From Marsupella aquatica (lineage: Eukaryota > Plantae > Marchantiophyta): DNA of 64,000 nucleotides. This document shows positions 1 through 11,742 of this stretch, in pieces. The position numbers and the translations under genes were made by a program. The stretch spans positions 29,270,932 through 29,334,931 of the forward strand of contig OZ316892.1 in assembly GCA_973895155.1 (NCBI GenBank). The letters run 5' to 3'. How positions within the stretch are numbered: the stretch's first letter is position 1; every line of letters starts with the position of its first letter. The notes below the pieces were generated by a model, which was not told the origin of the DNA, did no database searches, and saw only the letters and a list, made by a program, of their open reading frames with translations.

Positions 1-156
1 CTGTTACAATGAGTAAGCACCACACACCAACGGCTTACACTAGCCCTAGTATATACAAGGTCACACACGACTAACCTAACCTCACCTAAGATCCTAACTG
101 TGGTTAGCCTAAGTGCCGTAACCGTTGAGTCACAAGACTATGAGCAATCCTTAACA
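1..156 (-). mobile_element. Partial Ty1/Copia-type LTR (start of LTR on minus strand; continues beyond window edge)
   Basis: Ends ...CAATCCTTAACA (TGTTAAGG on minus). Shares collinear blocks (ACAATGAG, CACCAA, GACTAACCTAACC, GGTTAGCCT, CGTAAC) with the Copia 3' LTR at 62745-63088. No PPT adjoins it, so it is a 5' or solo LTR. Confidence 0.6.
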
Positions 157-279
157 TGCACATACTTCTGGCTTCAAGTAGGAGTCCAGCCAGAGTCCAT
201 TACTCTGAAATAATAAGATAGATAAGAACAGCGCGGGAGGAATGATGACATGAGCTCTAGTGAACCATGAATCACGTAC

Positions 280-760
280 ATGTCCAAATTTGGACAAGCC
301 CACTTGTTCTGCGTGTTTGTTTGTGGGTCAAACACATCGATGAGGTGCTCTGTTGAGTACTCATATTCCAAATGTTTCAAGTAATTGTGGGTCAGCAGAT
401 TCATCGTTGAGTACTCATCTTTATTAAGATTTTTTCGTGATGGTGAGGCAGTAAGAGGCTCAGCTGAGAACTTGTCTTTCTTATGTTTGTCGCTTTCGTT
501 GTCAATAGTACGTCATCTTCACAATGTTAGCCGTGTTTGTAAACCAGTCAGAGGCTCAGCTGAGGACTATTCCATATTTACCATTTTTGCGGGTCAGTCT
601 GGCCCTACTGATGAGTACTACAAGCCTTCCAAATTTGTACCATGTTTGCGGGTTAGAGCCCTCAGTTGATGACTACAGTCCTGTACTTATCTTCCAAATT
701 TTACCGCATTTGTGGGTCAGTCAGACGATGAGCTGACAACTCATGTTTACCGTGTTGGTG
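280..760. repeat. Degenerate tandem repeat array (~50-65 bp units)
   Basis: Recurring TTTG(T/C)GGGTCA, GAT/TGAGTACT, TTCCAAATTT and GAGGCTCAGCTGAG motifs. Confidence 0.6.
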
Positions 761-1046
761 AGTCAGCAGGGGGTCGGCAAAATGCATCACCATTCTCATC
801 TTCCAGATATTTACTGTGTTATCTCTCTTGCCCCTTCCTGACTCAACCATGGCTAGCAATGAACCCACTCATGTATCTTCCAAAGTCTAGGGCCCGTCAG
901 GTGGTGGTATTGAAAGAAGGTCACCTTCCCTACCTTTTCATTCTCTTCTACTTTTCAAAAATGTTGCCTCCTCTTTTCCCCTGATTATTAGAGCTATACT
1001 ACAAAACCAGATGACACCATCGGAATTTTGATTCAAATTTGAAAAC

Positions 1047-1154
1047 GTGAGTTGCTGTTTGAGATGGACATCAAGTACATAGTAGGTGTTCAATTACTGG
1101 GTGAGTTGCTGTTTGAGATGGACATCAAGTAGTAGGTGTTCAATTACTGGGTGA
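1047..1154. repeat. Direct tandem duplication, 2 x ~52 bp
   Basis: GTGAGTTGCTGTTTGAGATGGACATCAAGT...AGTAGGTGTTCAATTACTGG at 1047 and 1101. Confidence 0.9.
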
Positions 1155-1789
1155 AACTATGTTGTGTCCTAAGTCACACAGAGTTCAAACTTAGCTCGTT
1201 GAAGGAAATAACTCACCAGGCATTTTTTGGTTAAGCAAGTTTTGGGCAGCTTTTGTAGTTACTGGTTTGTAGCCTGTGATGAGAGTGGTTAGGAGAGGTC
1301 ACCCGGCCTGTCTATCATCCTCTCCATTTCCATACAAAGTCTCTCTTATCTAGGAGAATTTATGCGAATGTATTTCACATAGAAGCTACCCTCCCTTTTT
1401 CCCTGATTATTTTCCAGGGGAACTTAGCGAGGGAATCCTGGGAAGGATAATGAAACAATCTGTAGGCCTGGGAAGAATAATCAACTTCAGTTTTGTCAAC
1501 TCTAGAATGGAAAGGAACGAAATCATATGACAGAATCGAGCAACGACTGTACAAGACGAACAGTGTCAGGGTACCAATCAAGGAAACACCAACGGAAACC
1601 AAGAGAGATGTTAGAGATGGATTGAAAGGTTAGAGGACATGTCAAGACATGTCAAAATGCGTCCCCAATATGTGTGGGCAAAGGCACAGAGGGTACAAAG
1701 TGGCAATACTAGAGCGAAAGCAATATTATATGAGAAATAAGGATGGGGTCACATCTGACCCTGGAGTGCAAGAAAAAAAAGTTACTTCA

Positions 1790-4700
1790 TGTGACACGGG
1801 TAACGTGTCACTTAACCGAATGCAGGTCATAGATTAGGTCTTATATGGTCATTAGGACCGTAGCCGTAGCGTAGAATAGCACGAATAGTCGTCTTTTGCC
1901 ATTATGAATAGATTAGGAGTAGGTTAGTTGACTGAATGATTACGAATAAAGGAAGAGGATTATTACGCTCGACCGAGGTACGGTGGCGGCGGTGGAGTAA
2001 AAATCCGTTAGAAGAATCACGCTTGGACTGAGACGTTGACTTCAGCTCATTATCAACGACCAAAACGGCCTGGCCCTCTCACGCTCGACCTCATCTTGGC
2101 ACCTCCATAAGAGAGGAGTCGATGGCGTTGCGGGCCATTTGCTCATTTCTACCTTTTGGAATTTGTGGACGCTGCCATTTTCTCGCCTTCTTGCTCGAAT
2201 CAAGCTGACCTTTACGAGGAAATCATCGAGGGATAAGAGCGGGTTGTGGCGAGATTTAGTCAGTGAGGAAGGCCTCCACCAGTAAGCGGACCAAACAGCG
2301 GGAACGCGGACTCGATGAATCGGACTACAAAGGTTAGTATGACCCTTACAGCCTTGGGATTTTGGACCTTGTTTGGCGAGGTAGGTGCTAAGTTCTCCGA
2401 GACTTACTGGTACTCTTGTCCCAAGAAAGCCGCTTATGAACGAAGATACGCAAAGCTGGTGGCCAAGGTAGCACAGGTTAATTGCGAGAAGATAGCTATC
2501 ACCAGAGATTCCAACTACAACGAGACTACATCACCGAGCTATATCTCAGCGAGGAAGGGCTTAGATCGGTAGCAAAGGCAATTCTTGAAGTCCCCGCAAA
2601 GTTCTTTAGGCTGAAGGGCAGCCAGCAGCTTACTCAAGCGGAGTTCGACAAGATCCCGGGGTACCTAGACCAGCAGATCGCAGCCAAAAAGCGCCAAGAA
2701 GACATCAGCAGACAACGGGAAGCGGCACGTAATCTTACGTTCCTCGGGGAAAGCTCCAACACCCTCAATTGGGATATCGCTACACCAACACCACCAGCGC
2801 CTCAGCCGATGACCACCGGCGAACCACCAAACCGGTCCCAAGTCCGTCCCGTGAACAACACCGAGTGTTCTTTGGGTTCCGAGCGAGTTAGTCCGCATCT
2901 CAAGCAGCGTTCTTGTAAGCGGGCAAGAACGACGACGGGCCCCGAATTGACAACACGAACCAGCACCGCTCCTGCATCTCCCCTGGCAAACCCCCCGGCC
3001 AACCAGACCCGACGACCCCTGAATAATCCCAAGTCTAACTTATTACAGGTAATCCGCATCCCCGAGTAGTCTGGATCGCGATCAAGAAACTCGACCACGC
3101 GGACTATCTCAAGGAGCATCAGTTGGAGCAGTTCGCTCACTTGCTATGGAGACCGTGCGCGGCCGGGCCAAAGGAGATTTGTGAGTTCATCCCCAATTTC
3201 GACACCGACGCATCGACCACTAAGGTTTCAGGGCAGACCTTATCACTCACGGAACATCGGTTAGCACAGATCTTCTGCCTGCCAACCGGGCCAGTGCCGA
3301 TTGAACTCCAAATTCGGGATAAGGAGTATACACCTCGACACTTCAAACCTGAAGGTAAGACGGACAACGGTTACAAGCAGGGGTCGTGCACCAATTTAAT
3401 CTGCATGGAGCGGCTTAACTTCATACGGACTACCCTACACATGATTGAGCCACGATCCGAGATTTCCCTCTGCACGATTGTGCAGGTGGAACAGTACAAA
3501 CGGCGGAACTGGGTCCAATTCTTTTACCGAAGGTTTTTGGGAGAGCTTAAGCGAGCTCAGGGAGTTATGGCTATCGGGGGGAAGACTTATCTGGGAAGTC
3601 ATATCGCCATCATCCTCGCCTGGTACAAGGCACGGCGGGAGGCCAGGGGAAAGAATATGGCCACCTCAGCCCCGACTAATGTCACCCCCGCTACGGAGGA
3701 GGCTACCCCGAACGAGCGGACTACCTCACCTCGGGCAAACCCCGAGCCGGAAGCCCCGACTAATACTCCGTCACCTCCTCGGGTTGAAATTCCGCCGCCC
3801 CCTTTCGTTGAGCCTCCACTACCCCCAGTACAACCACCTCCAATCCCTCCACCACTTGAAGAAACCTTCCCCTCCCCAGCCCAGACTACGGAGGAGCTCG
3901 TTGCCCCGCCCAAGGAACCACCGGTACCCGAGAGGATGGAGGACTACCAAGTAGCCCCAGGGACCATGGCCTACGACCTGGTCCAGAAGTTTAGTCAGAC
4001 TCTATCAAGGAAGCTGGCGACGTACATCGGACAACAAGTCTCAGCGTACTTTCAACCAGCCTTCTTCATGTTAGAGCACCAACCATGGATCGTAAGCCGC
4101 TTGGAAGAAGAACTCATGGCGAAGGGGAATGAGATCGGGCGCCTCCAAACGCTAGTAGAACACCTCGAGGAGGAGGCCACTACCCGCCGTGAGGAGTTAG
4201 TTCACACCGTCAAACAGCGGGATGGACTAACCCAAGAGTTAGGCAGGGCACAAGCAAATCTCAAGAAGCTGGATGACACCGTGCTTCAGTTGCGCTCGGA
4301 ATCCTCGGCTCGGGTTACCAACCTGACCGACCTCAACAACCAATTCCTACAAGCAGCTCAGCAGGTAGCTAGTCTCTCCGCCGAACGGGATAAATTGCTG
4401 ACGCAGGACCAGACCCATCGCGACTCCATTAACCAGCTCAACCTGGGGATAGCACGGCTCCAGACAGAGGCCGATGAAGCTGCAAACGAGACTGAGAAGG
4501 CGGTGTGGGACAACAAGGCCTTACAGGACCGCATTACCCTATTTGTCCTCTAGCGGGAAAGACCTGGGCCCACCTTTGATCAAGGCGGCTCGAGGTCTCA
4601 CCCCGACAGAGGGACAAACCCTGGTCCGACCATGGCTCGCACGTAAGGGGTGGTTAGCGAAGGGAGGAAGCAGGCGCCGCGCAAGGCGGTTGAGTCAGCG

Positions 4701-5634
4701 GCATCTTCTGGTTAGGCATAACGACAGAATAGCTGTCATTAGGCGCCAATTAGTGGCACAGTAGGAAGAATTAGGATCGGATCAGTTAGGATCAGCCAAC
4801 GTAGGATAGAGTCCATCAACGGACTAGATTTTGGTTAGTAGACTTAGCTGCTGCCGTTCCGGTCAGCGCCCTTGTCGTCAACGGTCAACCGGTCAAAGGA
4901 GTGCGGCCGGCTAGTTAGAGGGTAGTTAGTCAGTAGGCATTACCCCCGGAAGGTAGCATCTTCCGGTTCCTTTCCGCAACCATAGTATTTAGGCTCTCCC
5001 TTCCGCTGTGGGAGGGGGAGAAGGCTTAGTTATTTCAGCGTAAGGAAAGGCGAGGCACGGGGAGTCCCGGCCTGAGCAGGGTCAGAGTGCACCAAGGAGT
5101 GAGAGCCAGAGTCAAGTTTGCTAGGCAAGTGCGGGGCGGGGCCTCGTAGAGACTGGGCATCGACTGCCGTTGGGCCCGCTGACCCCCTTAGAAGTCGAGT
5201 CAACTATGTAAACTGATTCTTCGCTGAGTAAATGTGGTCTTTTCCCTCTAATGTTTCCACGAGTAACTGGTGTTGTGAGTATGCTTTGTCTGGGCAAAGG
5301 TGCCATTTCAAGGGACGTACCGGGTGCGGACTAATGGTAGGGATTGCCACCCATTGCATGTCACAAGGTTCTGTCACGTCGATGGCTTGAAAGCCCCAAG
5401 CTGGGAGTTAGTCCGAGTCACTAACTGTGGGAATATTCCAACAGTGGAAAACAAATATACCTATGACTAGTACGAGTTGCGTGAGTGTTATACCAGTAAA
5501 TATATTGCCTTAGCCCGACTTAGGGCTAATCAAGGCCACTACACACCTCCTTGCCCAAACCCTCACCCCGACTAGTGGTCAAAGTCGCCCCATGGAACTA
5601 AACTGGATTTAAGGCCCGGGCTAGGGGCGCGACA
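1790..5634 (+). repeat. 5' LTR (3845 bp)
   Basis: TGTGACACGG...GGCGCGACA; direct repeat of 11695-15549. Indels of +7, +5 and -2 bp account for the 10-bp length difference. Confidence 0.96.
2339..4646 (+). pseudogene. LTR-encoded accessory gene, 5' LTR copy (plant-transposon/Athila extra-ORF-like domain, Pro-rich linker, coiled coil)
   Basis: ORFs 2315-2572, 2482-3069 and 3123-4553 join into one frame if a 7-bp deletion at ~2524 and a CAG>TAG at 4551 (both intact in the 3' LTR) are repaired and a GT-AG intron 2915-3048 is removed. The motif EF..NF...V.G....L......IF.LP resembles Transposase_32/ATHILA ORF-type domains (recognised by eye). Confidence 0.7.
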
Positions 5635-5636
5635 TA

Positions 5637-5670
5637 TGGCGACCGGTTTTTTGGCGCTAGATGGAGGGGG
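5637..5670 (+). promoter_or_regulatory. Primer-binding site region (two TGGCG starts)
   Basis: TA spacer after the LTR, then TGGCGACCGG-TTTTT-TGGCGCTAGATGGAGGGGG. Confidence 0.75.
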
Positions 5671-5748
5671 CACTCATTTTGCCTTACGAGTGGAGCCGTG
5701 TAGTGAGCTATTAACCTTTGATTTTGTCCTTGACGTGTAGAGAGGGGC

Positions 5749-8700
5749 ATGCCCCTTACCCGGTCACATTCTGCGTATTTACAACAAACCGACGGAGCAT
5801 CAAGTTTGGAAGGAAATATCGCATCTGGCGGAGCAGGGAGCTCAGCTTCCCAAGCAGGATTGCTTATTGTGATGGGAACCCAAGCACCAGCGGCGGGAGG
5901 AACTCCATCGGTTCCACCAGCCCCGTAGGCACCAGGTGCATTGCGGCCTCCGGCAGCCCAGAATGTGTCACAGCGATCTCGGTTCCACTATCGACCCTTC
6001 AAAGGACGACCCACGGACGACCCCGATGAGTGGATAGCTGAGTTTGAGGCCACAACCAAGGCAAATGGCAAGGAGGCCATTAAGCTAACCATCCTCCCAG
6101 GCGTGCTATGAGGAGAAGCGCACCCGTGGTTTAACTTGCAACCCCTCGGCTTCACATGGGGCCAGTTCCAGACGACGTTTTTGCAAGAGTTTAGGCCCGT
6201 GGGGATCGAATCTCGGGCCCTGTCAAAAATCGGATGAATGCAGATGGGTAAGCATGACTCACTTCGCAAATTTCTGCAGAGATTCCAGAAGGTTGCCGCA
6301 AGGATTCGGCCTAAGCCCGATGACTCCCTGTTGAGGAAATGGTTCGTCAACGCGCTACCCCAGAGAATGGCGTTCTCAGTGCTAGAAAAGAAGACCACCA
6401 CTCTACAACAGGCAATTGACAGTGCCAAATCCTTTAGGGAACCGCACTATGCCTCTCAGCTTAATAGGAGGACCAAGCATAAGAAGAGCAGGAGGTATCA
6501 TACATTCAGCGATTCCGACTCTGAGTACGACGAGAAGAAAAGGAAGAAAAGACGCCGGCATAAGAAGAAGGGCCGGACAAGCTTTTTGTCAGACTCTGAT
6601 TCAGAGTCTAGTGATTCCCTGTCCAACAGCCTGACGTCAACTGGCTCATCCTCCAGCGATACCGAGTTAGAGTCTTGTAACCACCAAAGGAAGAAGGGAT
6701 CACGGTCAGATGCGGGTAAACATAAACCGCAATCCAAGGTCATCACCATAGACCCCAAGGGCGCAGAGGTAGAAAAGCTAAACGAAGTCACAGACCGGCT
6801 GAAAGCACTATCGGTGCACTTGGCGGAGAAACTGCCTGACAAGAAGAAACCCCCGGAAATCCGAGCGCATGCTTGGTGCTCCAAGTGTTATCAGTCTGGA
6901 CACGTGGTGCAAGAATGCCCAAGGTGGAACACTCGCGTGCACCAGATAGAGTTGGAGCCCGGACAGTCCGAGCCAGAGGGAAGCACCATGGAATACTTCT
7001 TCGAGGATTCGACTGAGGCGGTGTTCCAGATGAGTATGACGGGACCTCGCACCCTAAGCGGCCACAATCCCGGGTTCCATACCCCTTATCCGTATCCTGT
7101 GAATGGGCGTGGCCCCCAGATGATCAACAATCCAAGTATTCCGCCTAAATCCGGAGTTTGGCGGACCCCGGTTTGCTATAATTGCAAGAAACCTGGTCAC
7201 TTTGCCCAAGAGTGCACGGAGCAACGGAAGCAAGGGGATGGGAGAGCGATTCCGTTGTGCCAGGTCTGTCGAACCGAAGCACATTCCACGTCAAACTGCC
7301 CCTTGGTGTTAGCCACGAAGGCCGGCGCCGTCCGAGCTACTCTACCTGCGGCCCCACCGACTACGGATGCAGTAGTACAAATGGTAACGTTGGAATGGCA
7401 GGATGATTCCACCGAGTGGATCGATCTCATAGAAGCAGTCGAGCAACCGGGAGCGCATGCGGACAATGAATGTTACCGCATTTCTACCCGATCATCCCGC
7501 AAGAAAGACAAGTATGAAGCACGGGCTCAGAAGAATGACAAGCAAAGAGACGTGGCGGCGGATAACCATAGTCCAATGGAACCGGACGAGCGGGAAGACT
7601 ACCAGCGGGATAACCCGAAGTTGTTTTACCCACGAGTAGAGGAGCTAGTCAAAAAGCAATTGGAAGCCTACGAGGCCCAAGAGCACGAAAAAGCCATTAA
7701 GAAGGATATTGCCGATGCTAAAGCGGCCGAAAAAGCCTTGGAAGCTAAGACTGCCTTGGAAGCTGAAGTCAAGGGAGCAGAAGCATTAAAATCTGCGACC
7801 CCACCGTCTAACCAATACGACATCAAAAAGGATGTTCAAAATTGTGCAGCCACGGCCACTGTCGGACAACTGTTGCAGGATAACCCGAAGTATCGGCAAC
7901 AACTCAAAGAGATGCTGATAGGGAAGAGAAGGAGATGACTACCTCGGGTAAGCACCTTAGCCGACTGTATGATGATTTACCAAGACTTAGGGGCGCCTGC
8001 AGTCTCTATCGAGATAGCAGGCTGTACTGTTTGGTTTGTACCGGTAGATGGCGGGTCCGGAGTAAATATCATGACGGAGAACACTTCCGTGAGGTTGGGA
8101 TATACATCTTATCAACCTACGGCGCATGCCATTCGGTTAGCAAACGGCGCCCGGATCATGCCATTGGGGACGTTGACCAAGATATCCACGTGGATTGGAG
8201 GCCTCAAGTTTTTTCTAAATTACCTGGTGATGCAACCATTCCGACCCTCAACTTATCCAGTACTGTTGGGCAGACCCTGGTTATACGGTGCCCAATTTGG
8301 TAAGGAGTTACGATTTGGTAACCCAACTACGACGGTGTCATGGAAGGAAGAGGACTATCAGGGCGAAACACCCCAGGGGCCCAAAGAATATGACTCGAAG
8401 GAGGAAATCTCAGAAGAAGAGGTAAACATGGTAGAGTTAATCTCTCGGCTGGACAAAGAGGAAGTCTTCGGGGTAAGGGCCACCAGAGAGGCCCATATTC
8501 TGAACCAGCCCAGACCAGCAGCCCCAATCGAGACGCCAGGGACGCCAGTAGGAGATGATGTGGCAGAGGGTGAAGAATTCCTCGTAAGAGTGAGCCCTAC
8601 GAAGGTCGTTGGCCAGGGCACCTTGCCCGGTATACTTGAGGAGTGAGGTACCGAGGCCGCCACTCCTCCCAAAAGAAAGAAAGTTACATGGAGCCCCGAG

Positions 8701-11700
8701 GTACCGTCCGTAATAGACGAACCCAAGAAGCTCCCCATGGAGCAGCTGACAGTCTGGGAACCTGTGGCCTACGAGGGCACCAGACTCGAGGAATTGGAAG
8801 CCCATCTTGATCGGGCCACCAGAGACCATGTAGATGTAATCCGCAAGGAACACTATAGCAAGTACACCACAAAGAGGGAGAGGACATTCAACATCGGTTA
8901 TGGCCTACGAGCCCCAGAGGAAAAGGCTATCCAAGAACTTCTATCAGAATATGAGGACGTCTTCGCATGGAGTCATCGAGACTTAATCGGAATTTCACCG
9001 GCCTACGGCAAACACGTCATTGATCTAAACTTGGGTGCTCATGCCGTCCGAGAGAGACAACGAAGACTAAATCCAAGACATTCCATCTTGGTAAAGGAGG
9101 AGTTAGATCAACTGATTGTGGCGGACATAATCTACCCTGTCTTATCTAGCGAATGGGTGTCCCCCATTGTGGTGGTTCCTAAGAAGATAGGGCCCGATGG
9201 CAAACCCAAGATTCAAATATGCCAAGACTACCGGAAACTCAATTACGCTACTCGGAAAGACCATTACCCGCTTCCTTACACGGATATGGTCCTTGACATG
9301 GTAGCCCAAAATGAGGTGTACACCTTCCTGGATGGATATTCGGGTTATAACCAGATTTGGATCAGACTATCGGACCAGCTCAAAACCACGTTCATAACGG
9401 AGTGGGGAACCTACGCGTTCAGACGGATGCCCTTTGGCTTATTCAATGCTTCGGCTATGTTCCAGCGAATTATTATGAATATTTTTCATGATTTCTTACG
9501 AGAATTTTTGGAGGTGTTTATAGACAATTTTGCCATCTTTGAAACAATCGCTCAGCACCCAGAACACCTGAGGCGGACTTTTGAGCGATGCCGAGAAGTA
9601 GGTTTGAAGTTACACTCGGGTAAATGCTTCTTCGGGGTAACAGAAGGAGTGTTGCTCGGACACCAAGTATCCAAATGAGGGATCAAGGTGGACCAAGAAA
9701 AGGTGGCCGCGTGGATGAATGTCCCTTACCCGATGGACCAAAAGGCGGTGCGATCCTTCTTAGGCTGTGTAGGGTACTACCGGCGATTCATTCAAGATTT
9801 TGCCAAGATAGCCCTACCCCTCACAGAAATGATGAAGCAAGACGCGGTCATAGAAATGACTCCCCGTCGAATAGCAGCCTTTCATGAACTAAAAAAACGG
9901 CTAACTATGGCTCCGATCTTGACTACCCCCGATTGGAACAAGGAGTTCCATGTGTATGTTGACGTGTTTGGGTTTTGCATCGGGTCAGTGCTGAGCCAAC
10001 TGGACGACGACAAATGCGACCACCCCATTTATTATGCGAGCCGACAACTATTTTCAGCGGAAAAAAACTATTTCGCCCACCGATCAGGAGGCCTTGGGGA
10101 TCATCTACTCGTGTAAATTTTTTTGCCACTATCTATTGGGATATAAGGTGATATTCCATACTGACCATGACAGCCTGAAGTACATGGTAAACAAAACGGA
10201 CTTGACGGGGAGAATAGCCCGATGGGTCCTGCTGCTCCAAGAATTTGACTATGAAGTCAGGGTACGACCTGGGAAGGCACACGTGAATGCGGACTTCTTC
10301 TCAAGGATTGAAGGGGAATCGGACGACGCACCTGTCGATGATACATTCCCTGATAAAGAATTATTCCGCGTGGAAACGGAGCAACCAACGTGGTACGGGA
10401 ACCTATCACCTTCCTCTTAACGGCCCGCATTCCAAGTAACATTAATCAGGAGGCCGCGTCAGTCTTCCTACGCAAGGCAGCACCCTACATGATGATACGC
10501 GGACATCTGCATAAGGAGGGTGTCGATGGGAAGATCCGCAGATGCCTAGATTATAACGAGATGATCATTGTCATGCGAGCTATGCACGAGGAGAAGGCAG
10601 GGGGACACTTCGCCCCGGTCACCACGGCTCACAAGATCTTGGATGCAGGTTATTGGTGGCCTACGCTGCATCACGACGTAGCCCATTTCATCCGAGGTTG
10701 CGACTTGTGTCAGCGCGCGGGCAAACCCCGCAGATCGGGTAATCATCCTCTTACCCCAATCTTTCCCCTTGCCCCGTTTGAGAAATGGGGCATCGATTAT
10801 ATCAGACCATTCACCCCGGTAACCCAAGGTCGGCGTTGCCGGTACATCCTTCTCGCTATCGACTATTCGACTAAATGAGTAGAGGCTCGGGCAACGGTCA
10901 AGGATGATGCGGCCACCACCACCAGGTTCCTGTACGAATAGATCTTCACCCGTTTCGGACCTCCCTTGGAGTTAGTCAGCGACCGTGGGACGCATTTTTT
11001 GAACGAAATGGTGGAAAACCTGACTGACCGTTACCTCGTCAAGCACAGGAAGACTACCCCTTATCATCCCAAATGTAACGGACTAGCAGAGTGGGCTAAT
11101 GGCATCGTAGGAAAAATCCTCAACAAAACCGTAGCCGCCCACAAAACAGACTGGGACGACAAGCTTTTTGCGACGGTCTATTCGTACAACTTGGCATTTA
11201 AAACTACGACAAACCATAGTCTGTATTTCTTGGTATTCGGACAACATGCACTCGTACTTGTCGAGTTCGAGGTCGAGACTCCTCGGGTGAGCATCCGCCA
11301 TAGGTTACCGGAGGCCGCTAGTTCATCCGATCGAGCATATAAGATCGACAGTCTAGAAGAACAAAGATTGTGGGCATTGTGGCGTGTGGCTGCCAAGCAG
11401 GAAGCAACAAAGAAAGAGCACGACAAGGGACTGCGCCAGGTGGACATCGCTATGGGAGATCTTGTCCTTCTGTACGATAGTAGGTACATGTACTTTCCAG
11501 GGAAACTACACACACGCTGGTTGGGACCTTTTATTGTCCAGCAGATGTACCCGAACGGGTCCCTGCAGCTATCAACGTACGCCGGTGACCTCTTTCCCAA
11601 TCGACTTAGTTACGATCGTGTGAAGAGGTACTTTCACCAGGATGACGAGCGTAATGATGTTCGTGAGGACGCTTCACACTTGAGTGGGGAGCTATGTGAC

Positions 11701-11742
11701 ACGGGTAACGTGTCACTTAATCGAACGCAGGTCATAGATTAG
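5749..11742 (+). pseudogene. gag-pol polyprotein (Gag with 3 CCHC knuckles, aspartic protease, RT, RNase H, integrase), disrupted
   Basis: One frame from ATG 5749 (MPLTRS...), broken by in-frame stops (mostly explicable as CGA>TGA, CAG>TAG, TGG>TGA) and two frameshifts near 10070 and 10400. Motifs: PR VDGGSGVNIM; RT FLDGYSGYNQI and FIDNF (catalytic DD mutated); RH FHVYVD; INT H-H-C-C, WGIDY, SDRGTHF, NGLAE, GPF. Confidence 0.95.
11681..11691 (+). promoter_or_regulatory. Polypurine tract
   Basis: TGAGTGGGGAG, 3 nt upstream of the 3' LTR TG. Confidence 0.85.

Noticed and set aside
3123-4553. True retroviral envelope glycoprotein
   Set aside because: No clear signal peptide, furin site or C-terminal transmembrane anchor visible.
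7936-7938. Programmed gag-pol readthrough stop
   Set aside because: One of many in-frame TGA/TAG stops explicable by C>T decay; cannot be singled out.
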